From Desulfomonilia bacterium (GTDB taxonomy: Bacteria; Desulfobacterota; Desulfomonilia; UBA1062): DNA of 64,000 bases. Made by a program: the position numbers and the translations under genes. The stretch spans positions 17,150-81,149 of the forward strand of contig JBNGDS010000004.1 in NCBI GenBank assembly GCA_049975365.1. The letters run 5' to 3'. Each line of letters opens with the position of its first letter. The stretch's first letter is position 1. A model generated the notes under the pieces. That model was not told the DNA's origin, searched no databases, and was given only the letters and a program-made list of their open reading frames with translations. Positions 10,548-20,341 of this stretch are shown here, one piece after another.

Positions 10548-12089
10548 ATGAATGGAGCAGAGCTCCTGGTGAAAACAGCTCTTCAGGCAGGGGTGAGGCA
10601 CTGTTTTGCAAACCCGGGCACTACCGAGCTCCCCCTTGTCGTTGCCCTGGACACGGTTCCGGGCATGAAGGCAGTGTTAGGGCTTTTCGAAGGCGTGTGC
10701 ACGGGTGCCGCGGACGGATACGCGCGTATGCTGGACAGACCTGCAATGGTGCTGCTGCACCTCGGGCCTGGACTGTCAAATGGATTGTCGAATCTCCACA
10801 ACGCACGACGGGCTTCGAGCCCGGTCTTGAACGTGGTGGGCGAGCACGCGACATGGCACAGGATCCTTGACCCGCCCCTCGCCATGGATATCGAGTCACT
10901 GGCAAACACAGTCTCTTCCTGGCAGAGAACCTGCACAAAGACGGATGAAATTGCCATAGACACTGCTGATGCGATTTCTGCGGCACTGATGGGCAAGGTA
11001 GCAACGCTCATTATCCCTTATGACCTCCAGTTGAAGACATCCACGGCCAGTGAACCGGCGACAACGATCCCCGCCAGTGATCCGGTTGAGACGGGCCCGA
11101 TAAACACTGCAGCAACACTCTTGAAAAGCGGAAAGAAATGCGCACTTGTTCTTGGTGGCACAGCACTGAGAGAAAAAGCCCTGTTCCACGCAGCACGAAT
11201 CAGGACAGGGGTAGGCTGCGACCTCCTTGCAGAGAATTTTCCTGCCCGTATGGAGAGGGGGGCGGGCCTGCCCGATCTCATCCGCATCCCGTACCTTCCT
11301 GAGATGGCTCTTGACATGCTTTCGCGCTATGAAGTGTTTATCTTTGCAGGTGCACGAGAACCAATATCGTTCTTCGGCTATGAGGGAATTCCCGGTCCAC
11401 TGCTGAGGGACAACCAGAAGAGGCTCCGCATCGATCATGGCCGGCATGACATGGAAGATGTGCTCCAGGCGCTTGCAGAAGCAGTTTCAGCCCCACACTC
11501 TCCGGCAAAGGTTCACCTCGCACCCTTGAAAAGGCCTGAAATCCCCTCCGGTGAACTCACAGGTGACAAGATCTGTTCCGTGATTGCTGCCCTGCAGACA
11601 GACAACGCCATCGTCGTGGAAGAGGCGATCACGAACTCTCTCATGTACTATCCCCTCAGTTCAGGAGCACCCCCACACAGCCTGCTCACGCTCACCGGTG
11701 GATCTCTCGGGCAGGGACCTCCCTGTGCTGTGGGTGCGGCATTCGCGTGCCCGGACAGACATGTCATCAGTTATCAGGCGGACGGTGCGACACTGTATAC
11801 ACTCCAGGCCCTGGGAACCCAGGCAAAAGAATCTTTGAACGTGATCACCCTGGTGTGTGCAAACAACAGGTATGATATCCTGAAGCTGGAGATGACCAGG
11901 CTGGGCGTGTTCGAACCTGCTGTGAATTCAGCACATCTCATGGACCTTGGAAGGGTTGACTGGGTGAAGATTGGAGAGGGTTTCGGCATCCCGTCCGTTT
12001 CGGTCAGGACGGCTGAAGACCTTGCACGAGAATTCAAGCGATCCCTGGAGGCCCAGGGGCCGAATCTCATCGAGATGGTTCTGTATTAG
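10548..12089 (+). CDS. Thiamine-pyrophosphate-dependent enzyme (acetolactate synthase/sulfoacetaldehyde acetyltransferase-like)
   Basis: 513 aa with N-terminal TPP_enzyme_N (CFANPGTTELP) and C-terminal TPP-binding GSLGQG...N motif. Confidence 0.8.
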   Translation: MNGAELLVKTALQAGVRHCFANPGTTELPLVVALDTVPGMKAVLGLFEGVCTGAADGYARMLDRPAMVLLHLGPGLSNGLSNLHNARRASSPVLNVVGEHATWHRILDPPLAMDIESLANTVSSWQRTCTKTDEIAIDTADAISAALMGKVATLIIPYDLQLKTSTASEPATTIPASDPVETGPINTAATLLKSGKKCALVLGGTALREKALFHAARIRTGVGCDLLAENFPARMERGAGLPDLIRIPYLPEMALDMLSRYEVFIFAGAREPISFFGYEGIPGPLLRDNQKRLRIDHGRHDMEDVLQALAEAVSAPHSPAKVHLAPLKRPEIPSGELTGDKICSVIAALQTDNAIVVEEAITNSLMYYPLSSGAPPHSLLTLTGGSLGQGPPCAVGAAFACPDRHVISYQADGATLYTLQALGTQAKESLNVITLVCANNRYDILKLEMTRLGVFEPAVNSAHLMDLGRVDWVKIGEGFGIPSVSVRTAEDLAREFKRSLEAQGPNLIEMVLY

Positions 12090-12251
12090 CGTATCAGGAC
12101 ACAGCTGAACATGGAAGATTTTCGGTCTTGGCTCACACGGAGGCAGGTCATCAGGAAGGGAAGGGATCTCTTCATGAGCATGGCCTTCGTTTCGGTCTTT
12201 CCCATTCGAATCATGGCGTCTTCAAGGAACGAAAAATCCAAGGAGGATGGA

Positions 12252-12848
12252 ATGAAACTCCCAGATCCCAGGATAGACGGGTCCATTTCAGTGGAAAAGG
12301 CGATAAAAGACCGGAGAACCGTTCGGTGGTTCTCCGGGAAGGAAATCCGTGCCCAACAGCTTTCCCAGATTCTCTGGGCTGCGCAGGGCATCACCGATGA
12401 CGCAGGATTCAAGCGGGCAGCTCCCTCTGCTGGAGCTCTCTATCCCATGGACCTGTACACAGTTGTGGGGACCGGGTGTGTAGAAGGGTTCAGCCAGGGA
12501 CTCTATCACTATGAACCAAGGAGTCATGTCCTCTCGCTTGCACTCGGCGGCGATCACCGCGATGAGCTTGCCAGGGCATCACTCTCGCAGACATGGATGG
12601 CGAAAGCGCCTGTCAATATAGTCATCTGTGCCGAGTATGAACGCATCACCCCCAAGTATGGATCGCGAGGGGAGCGATATGCGATGATCGAGGCGGGACA
12701 TATTGCTCAGAATATCTTTCTTCAAGCCCAGGCGCTGGAACTCGAAGCAGGAATCGTGGGTGCATTCAACGATGATGACGTCATCCGGGTCATGAGGATC
12801 AAACCGACCCACAGGCCGCTGCTCATCATGCCCATCGGGTATCGATAA
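12252..12848 (+). CDS. SagB-type dehydrogenase / nitroreductase-superfamily protein
   Basis: Start moved to the ATG after AGGAGG (MKLPDPRIDG...). The RRTVRWF motif and the PSAGALYP signature are typical of the SagB/ThcOx branch. Confidence 0.7.
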   Translation: MKLPDPRIDGSISVEKAIKDRRTVRWFSGKEIRAQQLSQILWAAQGITDDAGFKRAAPSAGALYPMDLYTVVGTGCVEGFSQGLYHYEPRSHVLSLALGGDHRDELARASLSQTWMAKAPVNIVICAEYERITPKYGSRGERYAMIEAGHIAQNIFLQAQALELEAGIVGAFNDDDVIRVMRIKPTHRPLLIMPIGYR

Positions 12849-12931
12849 AACAGCTCTTGGTGTTGAGTAAAACCTGATATTCCCGTTGCGATTGCTCCCA
12901 ACCAATGCCAGAAGACTGTATGATTACCTGT

Positions 12932-13870
12932 TCAACTGTTCATAAATTCTTCGACCATGGTGTTGACCACGGCTGGATACTCCTCGTGGGATGAGTGTCC
13001 GCAGTTCTCGAGAATTTCCACTCGAATGTTCGTCAAAAGACCCTTGAACCGCTGTGTGAGTGTCACATCGAGGTAGTGGTCGTTCCTGCCCCAGACAAGG
13101 AGGGTGCTGTGAGCAAGGGCTGACAGTACTGATTCTGTCTCCTTCCAGCTCTGCCTTCGGGCGAGTTCGAGCTGCGCCTTCCGGTTATGGGAAAAGCGTA
13201 GCGGAAGATAGACCTCCCTGACCATGTCCTCGGTTACCAGCCGGGGCTGGAAAAAGGAATTTCTGAGTCTTTTCCTCACCCCCCGTCGTGAAATGAACGC
13301 CATGAGGAACGTTCCGATCAGAGGTCGTTTCAGCAGTTCCCACTCCAGCACATCCGGGACGTCAAGACCGCTGGAGTCTATGAGTATGAGCCGTTCGACC
13401 CTGAGGGGATGGCAGGATGCAAACGAGAGGGCCCATCCGCCTCCCCAGGAGTGGCCGAGCAGCGTTGCACTCTCGAGGGAATGAGCGTCCATGAAACTCA
13501 GCAGCGTCTGCCGCATCGTATCCAGGCCCTCATGACTTCTGGATGTGAGAGGATACGTATACCCGTATCCCGGCATGTCGAGCGCATATACTGAAAACTG
13601 CCGTGCCAGTTGTGGAAGGTTGTTTCTGAAGGAATAGAGCCACATGCCTCCGCCGTGGACCATGATGAGGGGTTTCCCCGATCCTTCATGGAGAAAGTGA
13701 ATGTTCCAGTCAGTTGTTGAGCAGTACTGAGAGTGCACTGTTTTCAGGTATGCCGAATCAGCACGGAGATCAGTGCGTACTCGTCTCAGGGGCACTGCAT
13801 GGTTCGGGCCAGAGGTACGATCAGGATCCTGTGTACCAGCACTGCTGGAGGATTCATCTATTCCAGGCAT
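12932..13870 (-). CDS. alpha/beta-fold hydrolase
   Basis: HGGG oxyanion motif and GHSWGG nucleophile elbow. Has an N-terminal low-complexity extension. Confidence 0.7.
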   Translation of the reverse strand: MPGIDESSSSAGTQDPDRTSGPNHAVPLRRVRTDLRADSAYLKTVHSQYCSTTDWNIHFLHEGSGKPLIMVHGGGMWLYSFRNNLPQLARQFSVYALDMPGYGYTYPLTSRSHEGLDTMRQTLLSFMDAHSLESATLLGHSWGGGWALSFASCHPLRVERLILIDSSGLDVPDVLEWELLKRPLIGTFLMAFISRRGVRKRLRNSFFQPRLVTEDMVREVYLPLRFSHNRKAQLELARRQSWKETESVLSALAHSTLLVWGRNDHYLDVTLTQRFKGLLTNIRVEILENCGHSSHEEYPAVVNTMVEEFMNS

Positions 13871-14048
13871 GTCCGGGTCTCCCTCAGGTGTATTCTATAG
13901 GCTGGGTGTGTGGTTTACAACCGCGATCTCTCTTGGGAAGCAGCGCTCGACTCCTTGAGAGTTCAAAACATTGACATCGAGGGTCCCAGAGGTTACCATC
14001 AAAAGAGAGGCGCTTTTATTTTCAGAGCTTCAGAAAGGAGTTGTGAAC

Positions 14049-15098
14049 ATGTCGTGGGATCCGCGGAATCAAGGAGGCTTTCAGGGGAACGAAAAAGATA
14101 TCGGGGACATCATCCGTCAGGCTACCGCGGGATTCAAGGGGATGAAATCCAGCGGAATGAGTTACTGGCCCTGGGTGATTCTCATCATCCTCATTGCAGG
14201 AGCGATCCTGACCTCCGCATACACAATCCCCGCCGGACACAGAGGTGTTGTGCTCAGGTTCGGGAAGTTCACCAACATGGTGATGCCGGGACTGCACTTC
14301 AAGATCCCCTTCGGGGTAGACCAGGTCTTCAAGGTTCATGTGGACAAGGTTGATACCGAATCCTTTGGATTCAGAACCGTGAAGCCCGGAATACGCAGCG
14401 TCTTCGAGAAGGATTCTGAAAGCCTGCGGGAGGCCCTCATGCTCACGGGAGACCTGAACGTGATCGACATGGAGTGGATTGTCCAGTATCGCAGGGAAGA
14501 TCCGAGGAGGTTCCTCTTCGCCATCAATGACCCCATCCAGACGATCCGTGACATCAGCGAGTCTGTCATACGCCGCATCGTGGGGGATGGCAGCTTCGAC
14601 TACGTCCTCCAGAACCGGGAAGAGGTGAACAGTACTTTCAGAGAAGAACTCCAGGAAATCCTGGATAGCTATGAGAGTGGCATCAGGATTGTGAACGTAC
14701 GGCTGCAGAACGTGGTTCCGCCTGACGCGGTCAGGGGGGCGTTCAACGAGGTGAACGAGGCCCAGCAGATGAGGGAGCGACTCATCAACGAGGCCCAGGA
14801 GATCTACAACCGTGAGATACCCAAGGCCAGAGGCGAGGCTGATCGCGTCATCAACAATGCCCAGGGGTACGCCCTCGAGCGTGTGAACAGGGCAAAAGGT
14901 GACTCCTCACGATTTGCCGATGTCCTGAAAGAGTACCGGTCCGCCAAGGAGGTGACCCGGCAGAGACTCTATCTCGAGACATTCCAGGAGATTATCCCCA
15001 ATGCAAAAGAGATCTTCGTGATCGACAGTGACCAGAAAACCATTCTTCCACTTCTCAACCTTGACAAACAGAACCTGATGGAAGGGGGTGCCAAGTGA
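14049..15098 (+). CDS. hflK: FtsH protease modulator HflK (SPFH/band-7 domain)
   Basis: Start moved to the ATG after GGAG (MSWDPRNQGG...). Single TM segment plus SPFH domain. 4-nt overlap with hflC. Confidence 0.85.
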   Translation: MSWDPRNQGGFQGNEKDIGDIIRQATAGFKGMKSSGMSYWPWVILIILIAGAILTSAYTIPAGHRGVVLRFGKFTNMVMPGLHFKIPFGVDQVFKVHVDKVDTESFGFRTVKPGIRSVFEKDSESLREALMLTGDLNVIDMEWIVQYRREDPRRFLFAINDPIQTIRDISESVIRRIVGDGSFDYVLQNREEVNSTFREELQEILDSYESGIRIVNVRLQNVVPPDAVRGAFNEVNEAQQMRERLINEAQEIYNREIPKARGEADRVINNAQGYALERVNRAKGDSSRFADVLKEYRSAKEVTRQRLYLETFQEIIPNAKEIFVIDSDQKTILPLLNLDKQNLMEGGAK

Positions 15099-16042
15099 AG
15101 ACATTCAGTTCAGCCATCATCATCGTCGTCATTGGCGCGTTTTTCGTTCTCACCGGCATGTTCTATGCCGTGCCAGAATACGAGCAGGTCGTCATCACCC
15201 AGTTCGGTAAGCCAGTGCGGGCTGTCACCGATACAGGGCTGAAGATCAAGCTCCCGTTCATCCAGACGATTACCCGCTACGACAAGCGAATCATGAGATG
15301 GGATGGTGCCCCGGTGGAAGTCCCTACACGGGACAAGCGCTTCATCTGGGTGGATACCACCGCTAGGTGGAAAATCGTGAACCCCATGCGGTTTCTGCAG
15401 GTCATCGGCACCTATGAACAGGCCTATGCCCGGCTCGACGACACCATCGACTCGGTGGTAAAGGATTATGTGTCCTCGAACAATCTGGTGGAACTTGTCA
15501 GAAACGGCGAACTCAATGTTGCCGTCATTGATGAGAGCACCGATTCAGATGTCGTGTTCCCTGACCAGGATGCTGAGACCAAGATCGAATTTGGAAGAGA
15601 GCTGATTAGCCGGGCCATTCTCGCCGAGGCTGCAAAAGCAATGCCCGATTTCGGAATGGAACTCGTGGATGTGCGCTTCAAGCGCATCAACTATGTTGAT
15701 AGTGTTCAGAAGAAGGTTTTTGAGCGAATGATCTCCGAGCGCAAACGCATCGCCTCACAGTACCGATCCGAAGGTGAAGGGAAAAAGTCTGAAATTTTAG
15801 GACAGATGGAAAAGGATCTTCTTGGAATCAGCTCCACGGCTTTCAGAAGATCCGAGGAGATAAAGGGAAAGGCGGATGCGGAAGCCACACAGATCTATGG
15901 CCAGGCCTATGGCCAGGATCCTGAATTCTACACCTTCTACAAGACCCTGGAGACCTACCGGCAGACTGGTTTCAAAAACGCTACCGTGATTCTTGGCACT
16001 GATTCGGAGTACTATTCCCGCCTCATGAGTCCAAGAAAGTAG
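15095..16042 (+). CDS. hflC: FtsH protease modulator HflC (SPFH/band-7 domain)
   Basis: 315 aa with N-terminal TM plus SPFH domain. Translationally coupled to hflK. Confidence 0.85.
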   Translation: MKTFSSAIIIVVIGAFFVLTGMFYAVPEYEQVVITQFGKPVRAVTDTGLKIKLPFIQTITRYDKRIMRWDGAPVEVPTRDKRFIWVDTTARWKIVNPMRFLQVIGTYEQAYARLDDTIDSVVKDYVSSNNLVELVRNGELNVAVIDESTDSDVVFPDQDAETKIEFGRELISRAILAEAAKAMPDFGMELVDVRFKRINYVDSVQKKVFERMISERKRIASQYRSEGEGKKSEILGQMEKDLLGISSTAFRRSEEIKGKADAEATQIYGQAYGQDPEFYTFYKTLETYRQTGFKNATVILGTDSEYYSRLMSPRK

Positions 16043-16056
16043 ACCGGAACAAAAAA

Positions 16057-16110
16057 GCGGCCTCACTGAGCCCAGGTGCAGGATTCCTGCTCACGTGAGG
16101 CCGCATTTTC
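16057..16110 (+). terminator. Rho-independent terminator after hflC
   Basis: Arm GCGGCCTCAC (16057-16066) pairs with GTGAGGCCGC (16095-16104). There is an inner GCAGGA/TCCTGC pairing, and the hairpin is followed by ATTTTC. Confidence 0.55.
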
Positions 16111-16349
16111 ATGGTGATATCTCAGTGGACAAAGACTCAGGGTGGTGGCTTAGGCCACGAACGCTCCATGAGAGAGGAACCCCTCCACTGGTACATGACA
16201 GCGAATGTTCGGTGGAGCCATGATTCCGATCAGGGAGTGTCCTTTGGCATGTCAGAGAAAAACTCTTTGAGCGAAAATTCCTTGACACATGAGGGCGCGA
16301 TACTACTATAGCAATGGTAATACTTTGTAGTACCAACGAGGAGACTGTC

Positions 16350-16607
16350 ATGAAAAAGCATGAAATCATCAGCTTCAAGGTGGACGAGAACCTCTTCGAC
16401 GCCATCAAGGACCTTCCCAATCGTTCGGAATTCATCCGGGCAGCCATCGTCTCTGCCATGGGAAGCACCTGTCCGCTGTGCAACGGGTCGGGCATGCTCA
16501 GCCCCAAACAGAAGGAGCACTGGGATGAATTTTCCACAATGCATTCCGTCGAGACCTGTGATGAATGCAACGAGCGATACATCACGTGTTCGAGAATCAA
16601 GGGGTGA
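16350..16607 (+). CDS. Ribbon-helix-helix (CopG/NikR-like) protein with C-terminal Cys4 zinc-ribbon; putative metal-responsive regulator of znuABC
   Basis: MKKHEIISFKVDENLFDAIKDLPNRSEFIRAAIVSAM is a beta-strand plus two helices, the RHH signature. C-terminal motif CPLCNGSG...CDECNERYITC. GGAG RBS. Its stop (TGA at 16605-16607) lies 3 nt before the znuA ATG at 16611, so the two genes are co-operonic. Confidence 0.6.
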   Translation: MKKHEIISFKVDENLFDAIKDLPNRSEFIRAAIVSAMGSTCPLCNGSGMLSPKQKEHWDEFSTMHSVETCDECNERYITCSRIKG

Positions 16608-16610
16608 TCA

Positions 16611-17579
16611 ATGATCGGAAGGAAGCATCGGCTATCACTGGCGCATTCACGAGGGCTGCGAAGCATTGTGACAGTTGCATCTGCTCTGATCTGTGTGCTC
16701 ATTGTCGGACTGCCCCAGGCCCTATCCGGGAATGAAAGGGAACAGACCCTCAAGATCTTCGTGAGTGTGCTCCCACAGGCCTACTTCGTTGAGCGTGTCG
16801 GTGGGGATCGTGTCGATGTATCGGTGATGGTCGGTCCCGGTCAGTCGCCTCACACATACGAACCTGCGGCACGGCAGATGGCGGACATCTCGAGAGCAGA
16901 TATGTACTTTCGCGTGGGAGTTCCGTTCGAACACGGTCTGATCCCGAAGATCAGGAATATGTTCCCGGATCTTGCCATTGTTGATACCCGTGAGAACGTG
17001 GACATGCTCTTCTTTACTGACACTGAGCACCATGAGGAACATGGCCATGAACATCATGGAGACGAAGGCGGGGCCCCTGATCCTCACATCTGGCTCGATC
17101 CCAAGCGGGTGAAGATCCAGGCACACACCATTGCTCAGACACTTGTTCGGATAGATCCGGATCATGAAGGTCTCTACAGGAAGAACCTCGAAGGATTCCT
17201 CGAGGATCTTGACAGGCTCGATCGTGATATCAGTCGTTCCCTCAGCCCGTATCGGGGTACGAAGCTCTACGTCTTTCACCCGGCGTTCGGATATTTCGCA
17301 GATTCCTACGGCCTGATCCAGGTGGCCTTCGAGAGTGAAGGCAAAGAGCCAAGCGCCAGGCAACTTGCAGACCTCATCGAGCAGGCACGTTCGGATGGTG
17401 TGAAGGTGATTTTCGTGCAGCCACAATTTTCCCGCAGAAACGCCCAGGCCGTCGCACGTGCGATCGATGGAGCAGTCGTACCCATAGATCCCCTCCCCAG
17501 AGACTATCTCACACAGATGCGGGATATGGCTCAGGCCATTCAGACAGCACTTGCAGATCGCGGTGATTTAGGGATTTGA
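16611..17579 (+). CDS. znuA: Zinc ABC transporter substrate-binding protein ZnuA (cluster A-I SBP with His-rich loop)
   Basis: Signal peptide/TM and the His-rich loop HHEEHGHEHHGDEG typical of ZnuA. Confidence 0.85.
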   Translation: MIGRKHRLSLAHSRGLRSIVTVASALICVLIVGLPQALSGNEREQTLKIFVSVLPQAYFVERVGGDRVDVSVMVGPGQSPHTYEPAARQMADISRADMYFRVGVPFEHGLIPKIRNMFPDLAIVDTRENVDMLFFTDTEHHEEHGHEHHGDEGGAPDPHIWLDPKRVKIQAHTIAQTLVRIDPDHEGLYRKNLEGFLEDLDRLDRDISRSLSPYRGTKLYVFHPAFGYFADSYGLIQVAFESEGKEPSARQLADLIEQARSDGVKVIFVQPQFSRRNAQAVARAIDGAVVPIDPLPRDYLTQMRDMAQAIQTALADRGDLGI

Positions 17580-17597
17580 CGCACCGGAGGAGGTGGT

Positions 17598-18350
17598 ATG
17601 AACCCGGTAATCGAATTCACACAGGTCAGCTTTTCCTATAATGGGGCGCCTGTGCTGGAGAATGTCGATCTTACGGTACACGAGAAAGAATTTCTCTCCT
17701 TGGTCGGGCCGAACGGGGGAGGGAAGACAACCATCTTGAAACTCGTTCTCGGACTCATCAAACCCACCTATGGGACCGTGAAGGTCTTCGGGAATTCACC
17801 CGTCAAGGCACGGGTGCGCATCGGCTATATGCCCCAGCACGCTTCTCTCGACCCGATGTTTCCCGTAAATGTCCTGGATGTGGTGCTCATGGGAAGGCTG
17901 GGCCATGGTATGAACATGGGCTTTTACCGGGGAAAAGACAAGAAGGCAGCCCAGGATGCGCTCAGGAAAGTCGAGATGCTGGATGCACGCGATAAGCCGT
18001 TTTCAGAGCTTTCGGGAGGGCAGGCGCAGAGGGTGCTCATTGCCAGGGCACTGGCAACGAGCCCGGATCTCCTGATTCTTGACGAACCCACGGCAAACGT
18101 TGATATCGCTGTCGAGACCGAATTGTACGAGATCCTGAAGGAGATCAACAAAGACATGACCATCGTGCTGGTTACCCACGATCTCGGATTCGTCTCACGG
18201 TACGTGACGAATGTTGCATGTGTGAATCGCAGAGTTCTCGAGCACCCGACGTGTGACATATCAGGTGAGATGATCCATGAAATCTACGGAAGTCATGTGC
18301 ACATGGTCAGGCATGATGCCATTTCCACCAGGGAGAGCCCTCGTGATTGA
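17598..18350 (+). CDS. znuC: Zinc ABC transporter ATP-binding protein ZnuC
   Basis: Walker A (GPNGGGKTT), ABC signature (LSGGQAQR) and Walker B (ILDEP). Confidence 0.85.
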   Translation: MNPVIEFTQVSFSYNGAPVLENVDLTVHEKEFLSLVGPNGGGKTTILKLVLGLIKPTYGTVKVFGNSPVKARVRIGYMPQHASLDPMFPVNVLDVVLMGRLGHGMNMGFYRGKDKKAAQDALRKVEMLDARDKPFSELSGGQAQRVLIARALATSPDLLILDEPTANVDIAVETELYEILKEINKDMTIVLVTHDLGFVSRYVTNVACVNRRVLEHPTCDISGEMIHEIYGSHVHMVRHDAISTRESPRD

Positions 18351-19191
18351 GTTTGTGACCGACCTCCAGCAGCTGAGATTCCTTCAGTATGCTCTCTTCA
18401 CGGGGATCCTTGCGAGCATTGCCTGTGGAATCATCGGGAGCTATGTGGTCACCAGGCGTATTACCTATATGGCTGGCGCCATAGCCCACAGTGTACTCGG
18501 TGGAATGGGGGCGGCACGGTATGTTCAGGTTGTCTTCGGGTGGGACTGGGCAACACCGATGTTCGGCGCCGTCATCGCATCTCTGATATCTGCTCTCATT
18601 ATCGGAATCGTCAGCCTGAAGGCACGGCAGCGGGAAGACACAGTTATCGGAGCTGTGTGGGCGATCGGCATGGCCATCGGCATTCTCTTTATCTTCAGGA
18701 CACCGGGCTACAACGAAGATCTCATGAGCTATCTCTTCGGGAATATCCTGATGGTTTCTCCCAACGAACTCTGGATGATCGCGGGTCTTGACGCCCTGGT
18801 AATCGTCGTGGGCCTGCTCTTCTACAACCAGCTGCTCGCCGTGTGCTTTGATGAAGAGTTTGCACGCCTCCGGGGCATTCATGTCGAGTTCTACCATCTC
18901 CTTCTCCTGTGTCTCACTGCCCTGACGGTTGTCCTGCTGGTCAGTGTTGTGGGCATCGTTCTGGTGATCGCCCTCTTGACCCTTCCGGCTGCAACGGCCG
19001 GTCACTTCTCCAGAAAGCTCTGGCACATGATGGCCCTGGCAACACTGTTCACGATCCTCCTCACAACAGCAGGGTTGTCCCTCAGTTATGGGCCGAATCT
19101 TCCCCCGGGAGCGACGACCATCGTATTATCGGGTGCCTTCTACCTCATTGTGGTGATTTCAGTGCGGATGGTGCGCAGCTGGCGACTGTAA
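18343..19191 (+). CDS. znuB: Zinc ABC transporter permease ZnuB
   Basis: ABC-3 family permease. Start placed at GTG 18343 (GGGAGAG RBS, 8-nt overlap with znuC), giving MIEFVTDLQQL.... In-frame ATGs at 18277 and 18313 are alternatives. Confidence 0.75.
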   Translation: MIEFVTDLQQLRFLQYALFTGILASIACGIIGSYVVTRRITYMAGAIAHSVLGGMGAARYVQVVFGWDWATPMFGAVIASLISALIIGIVSLKARQREDTVIGAVWAIGMAIGILFIFRTPGYNEDLMSYLFGNILMVSPNELWMIAGLDALVIVVGLLFYNQLLAVCFDEEFARLRGIHVEFYHLLLLCLTALTVVLLVSVVGIVLVIALLTLPAATAGHFSRKLWHMMALATLFTILLTTAGLSLSYGPNLPPGATTIVLSGAFYLIVVISVRMVRSWRL

Positions 19192-19335
19192 TCGCTCCAC
19201 TGTCTGCCCCGAGGATCTGGTGAAATGTCGCGCGCATGGACCAACACGGTGGAGCAGTGCCTGCACCTGGTATTTTCGCTTCACGGGATTACTATGGAAG
19301 AGTGTGGGTGAAGTGAACACTCTGTGAGGTGATGA

Positions 19336-20226
19336 ATGAACCTGATGAATATGCGGATGAACAGATTTGTGACCAGGGCATTGAGCACCATGGTGGTCTT
19401 TCTGACTCTCAGTTTGGGGATCCTGTCTTCGCCTGTACTGGGAAACAGCCAGGATGAAAACAGTCTCGTGAGTCTCGGGAACACCGTTACCGTGGAGAAA
19501 GAACAGGTTGTCGAGGGTGCCGTAGCCATCGGCGGGGATGTGAATGTGTACGGTACAGTCCGTGAAGATGTCGTCTCTATCGGGGGGTCCGTATTCCTTG
19601 GACCCGAGGCAACAGTCCACGGGGACATCATCTCGATCGGGGGATCTGTGATCAGGCAGGAAGGATCGAGGGTTGGAGGGAAGATCACGGTGTTCGACAC
19701 CTCCGACGTGTCCGGGCTCTTTTCATTCTTCACAAAAGAACACATGCCCAGTATGCCCGAGATACCAAGGGGATTCAGCATCATATCATTCCTCGGGTAC
19801 CTGGCCCTTGCACTCCTTGTCGTGCTGATCATCCCCGGAACTGTCGGGTATGTCTCGTTTCAGATTGAATTCAACACGGGAAGAGTGTTTCTGTGGGGTG
19901 TGCTGGGCATGGTCCTGATCGCTCCCGTGGCATTCATTCTCGCCGTATCCATCGTGGGTATCGTGCTGATTCCCGTTGAACTGATTCTCGTGGCCGCTGC
20001 TTTTCTCCTTGGCTCCATATCCGTTGCGCAGCTCATCGGGAAGAAGATCACCGTGGCAGTGAAGAGACCGGGAAGAACGATTCTTGTAGAGACCCTGCTC
20101 GGAACGATTGTGCTATGGCTGATCGGGCTCATCCCCGTATTCGGGTGGATCGTGAAGATCCTTGTCCTGCTCTTCGGGTTCGGGGGTGTCATCCAGGGTA
20201 TTCTTTCCCACAGGAGGGCTCTCTAA
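19336..20226 (+). CDS. Membrane protein with N-terminal bactofilin-like beta-helical repeats and C-terminal multi-TM region
   Basis: Signal/TM segment, then repeats (VVEGAVAIGGDVNVYGTV, VVSIGGSVFLGPEATVHGDIISIGGSVI) resembling the polymer-forming DUF583/bactofilin repeat, then 4 predicted TM helices. Confidence 0.55.
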   Translation: MNLMNMRMNRFVTRALSTMVVFLTLSLGILSSPVLGNSQDENSLVSLGNTVTVEKEQVVEGAVAIGGDVNVYGTVREDVVSIGGSVFLGPEATVHGDIISIGGSVIRQEGSRVGGKITVFDTSDVSGLFSFFTKEHMPSMPEIPRGFSIISFLGYLALALLVVLIIPGTVGYVSFQIEFNTGRVFLWGVLGMVLIAPVAFILAVSIVGIVLIPVELILVAAAFLLGSISVAQLIGKKITVAVKRPGRTILVETLLGTIVLWLIGLIPVFGWIVKILVLLFGFGGVIQGILSHRRAL

Positions 20227-20276
20227 AAGATAGGGAGGCGCGCACATACTCCACTGTGCGCAGGGAACCACATGAT

Positions 20277-20307
20277 AAAAAAACCGGATCCGATTCATCG
20301 GATCCGG
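20277..20307 (-). terminator. Rho-independent terminator of the PPOX-family gene (convergent gene pair)
   Basis: CCGGATCCGA ttca TCGGATCCGG hairpin flanked by A7 on the + strand (T7 on the minus transcript). Confidence 0.55.
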
Positions 20308-20341
20308 ATATCGGTGCTCCCACGGTAAGGGAGGCAGTACT

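Noticed and set aside
16109-16753. 214-aa minus-strand ORF spanning the RHH gene and the znuA start.
   Set aside because: It overlaps two strongly supported plus-strand genes. It has no RBS and a low-complexity composition.
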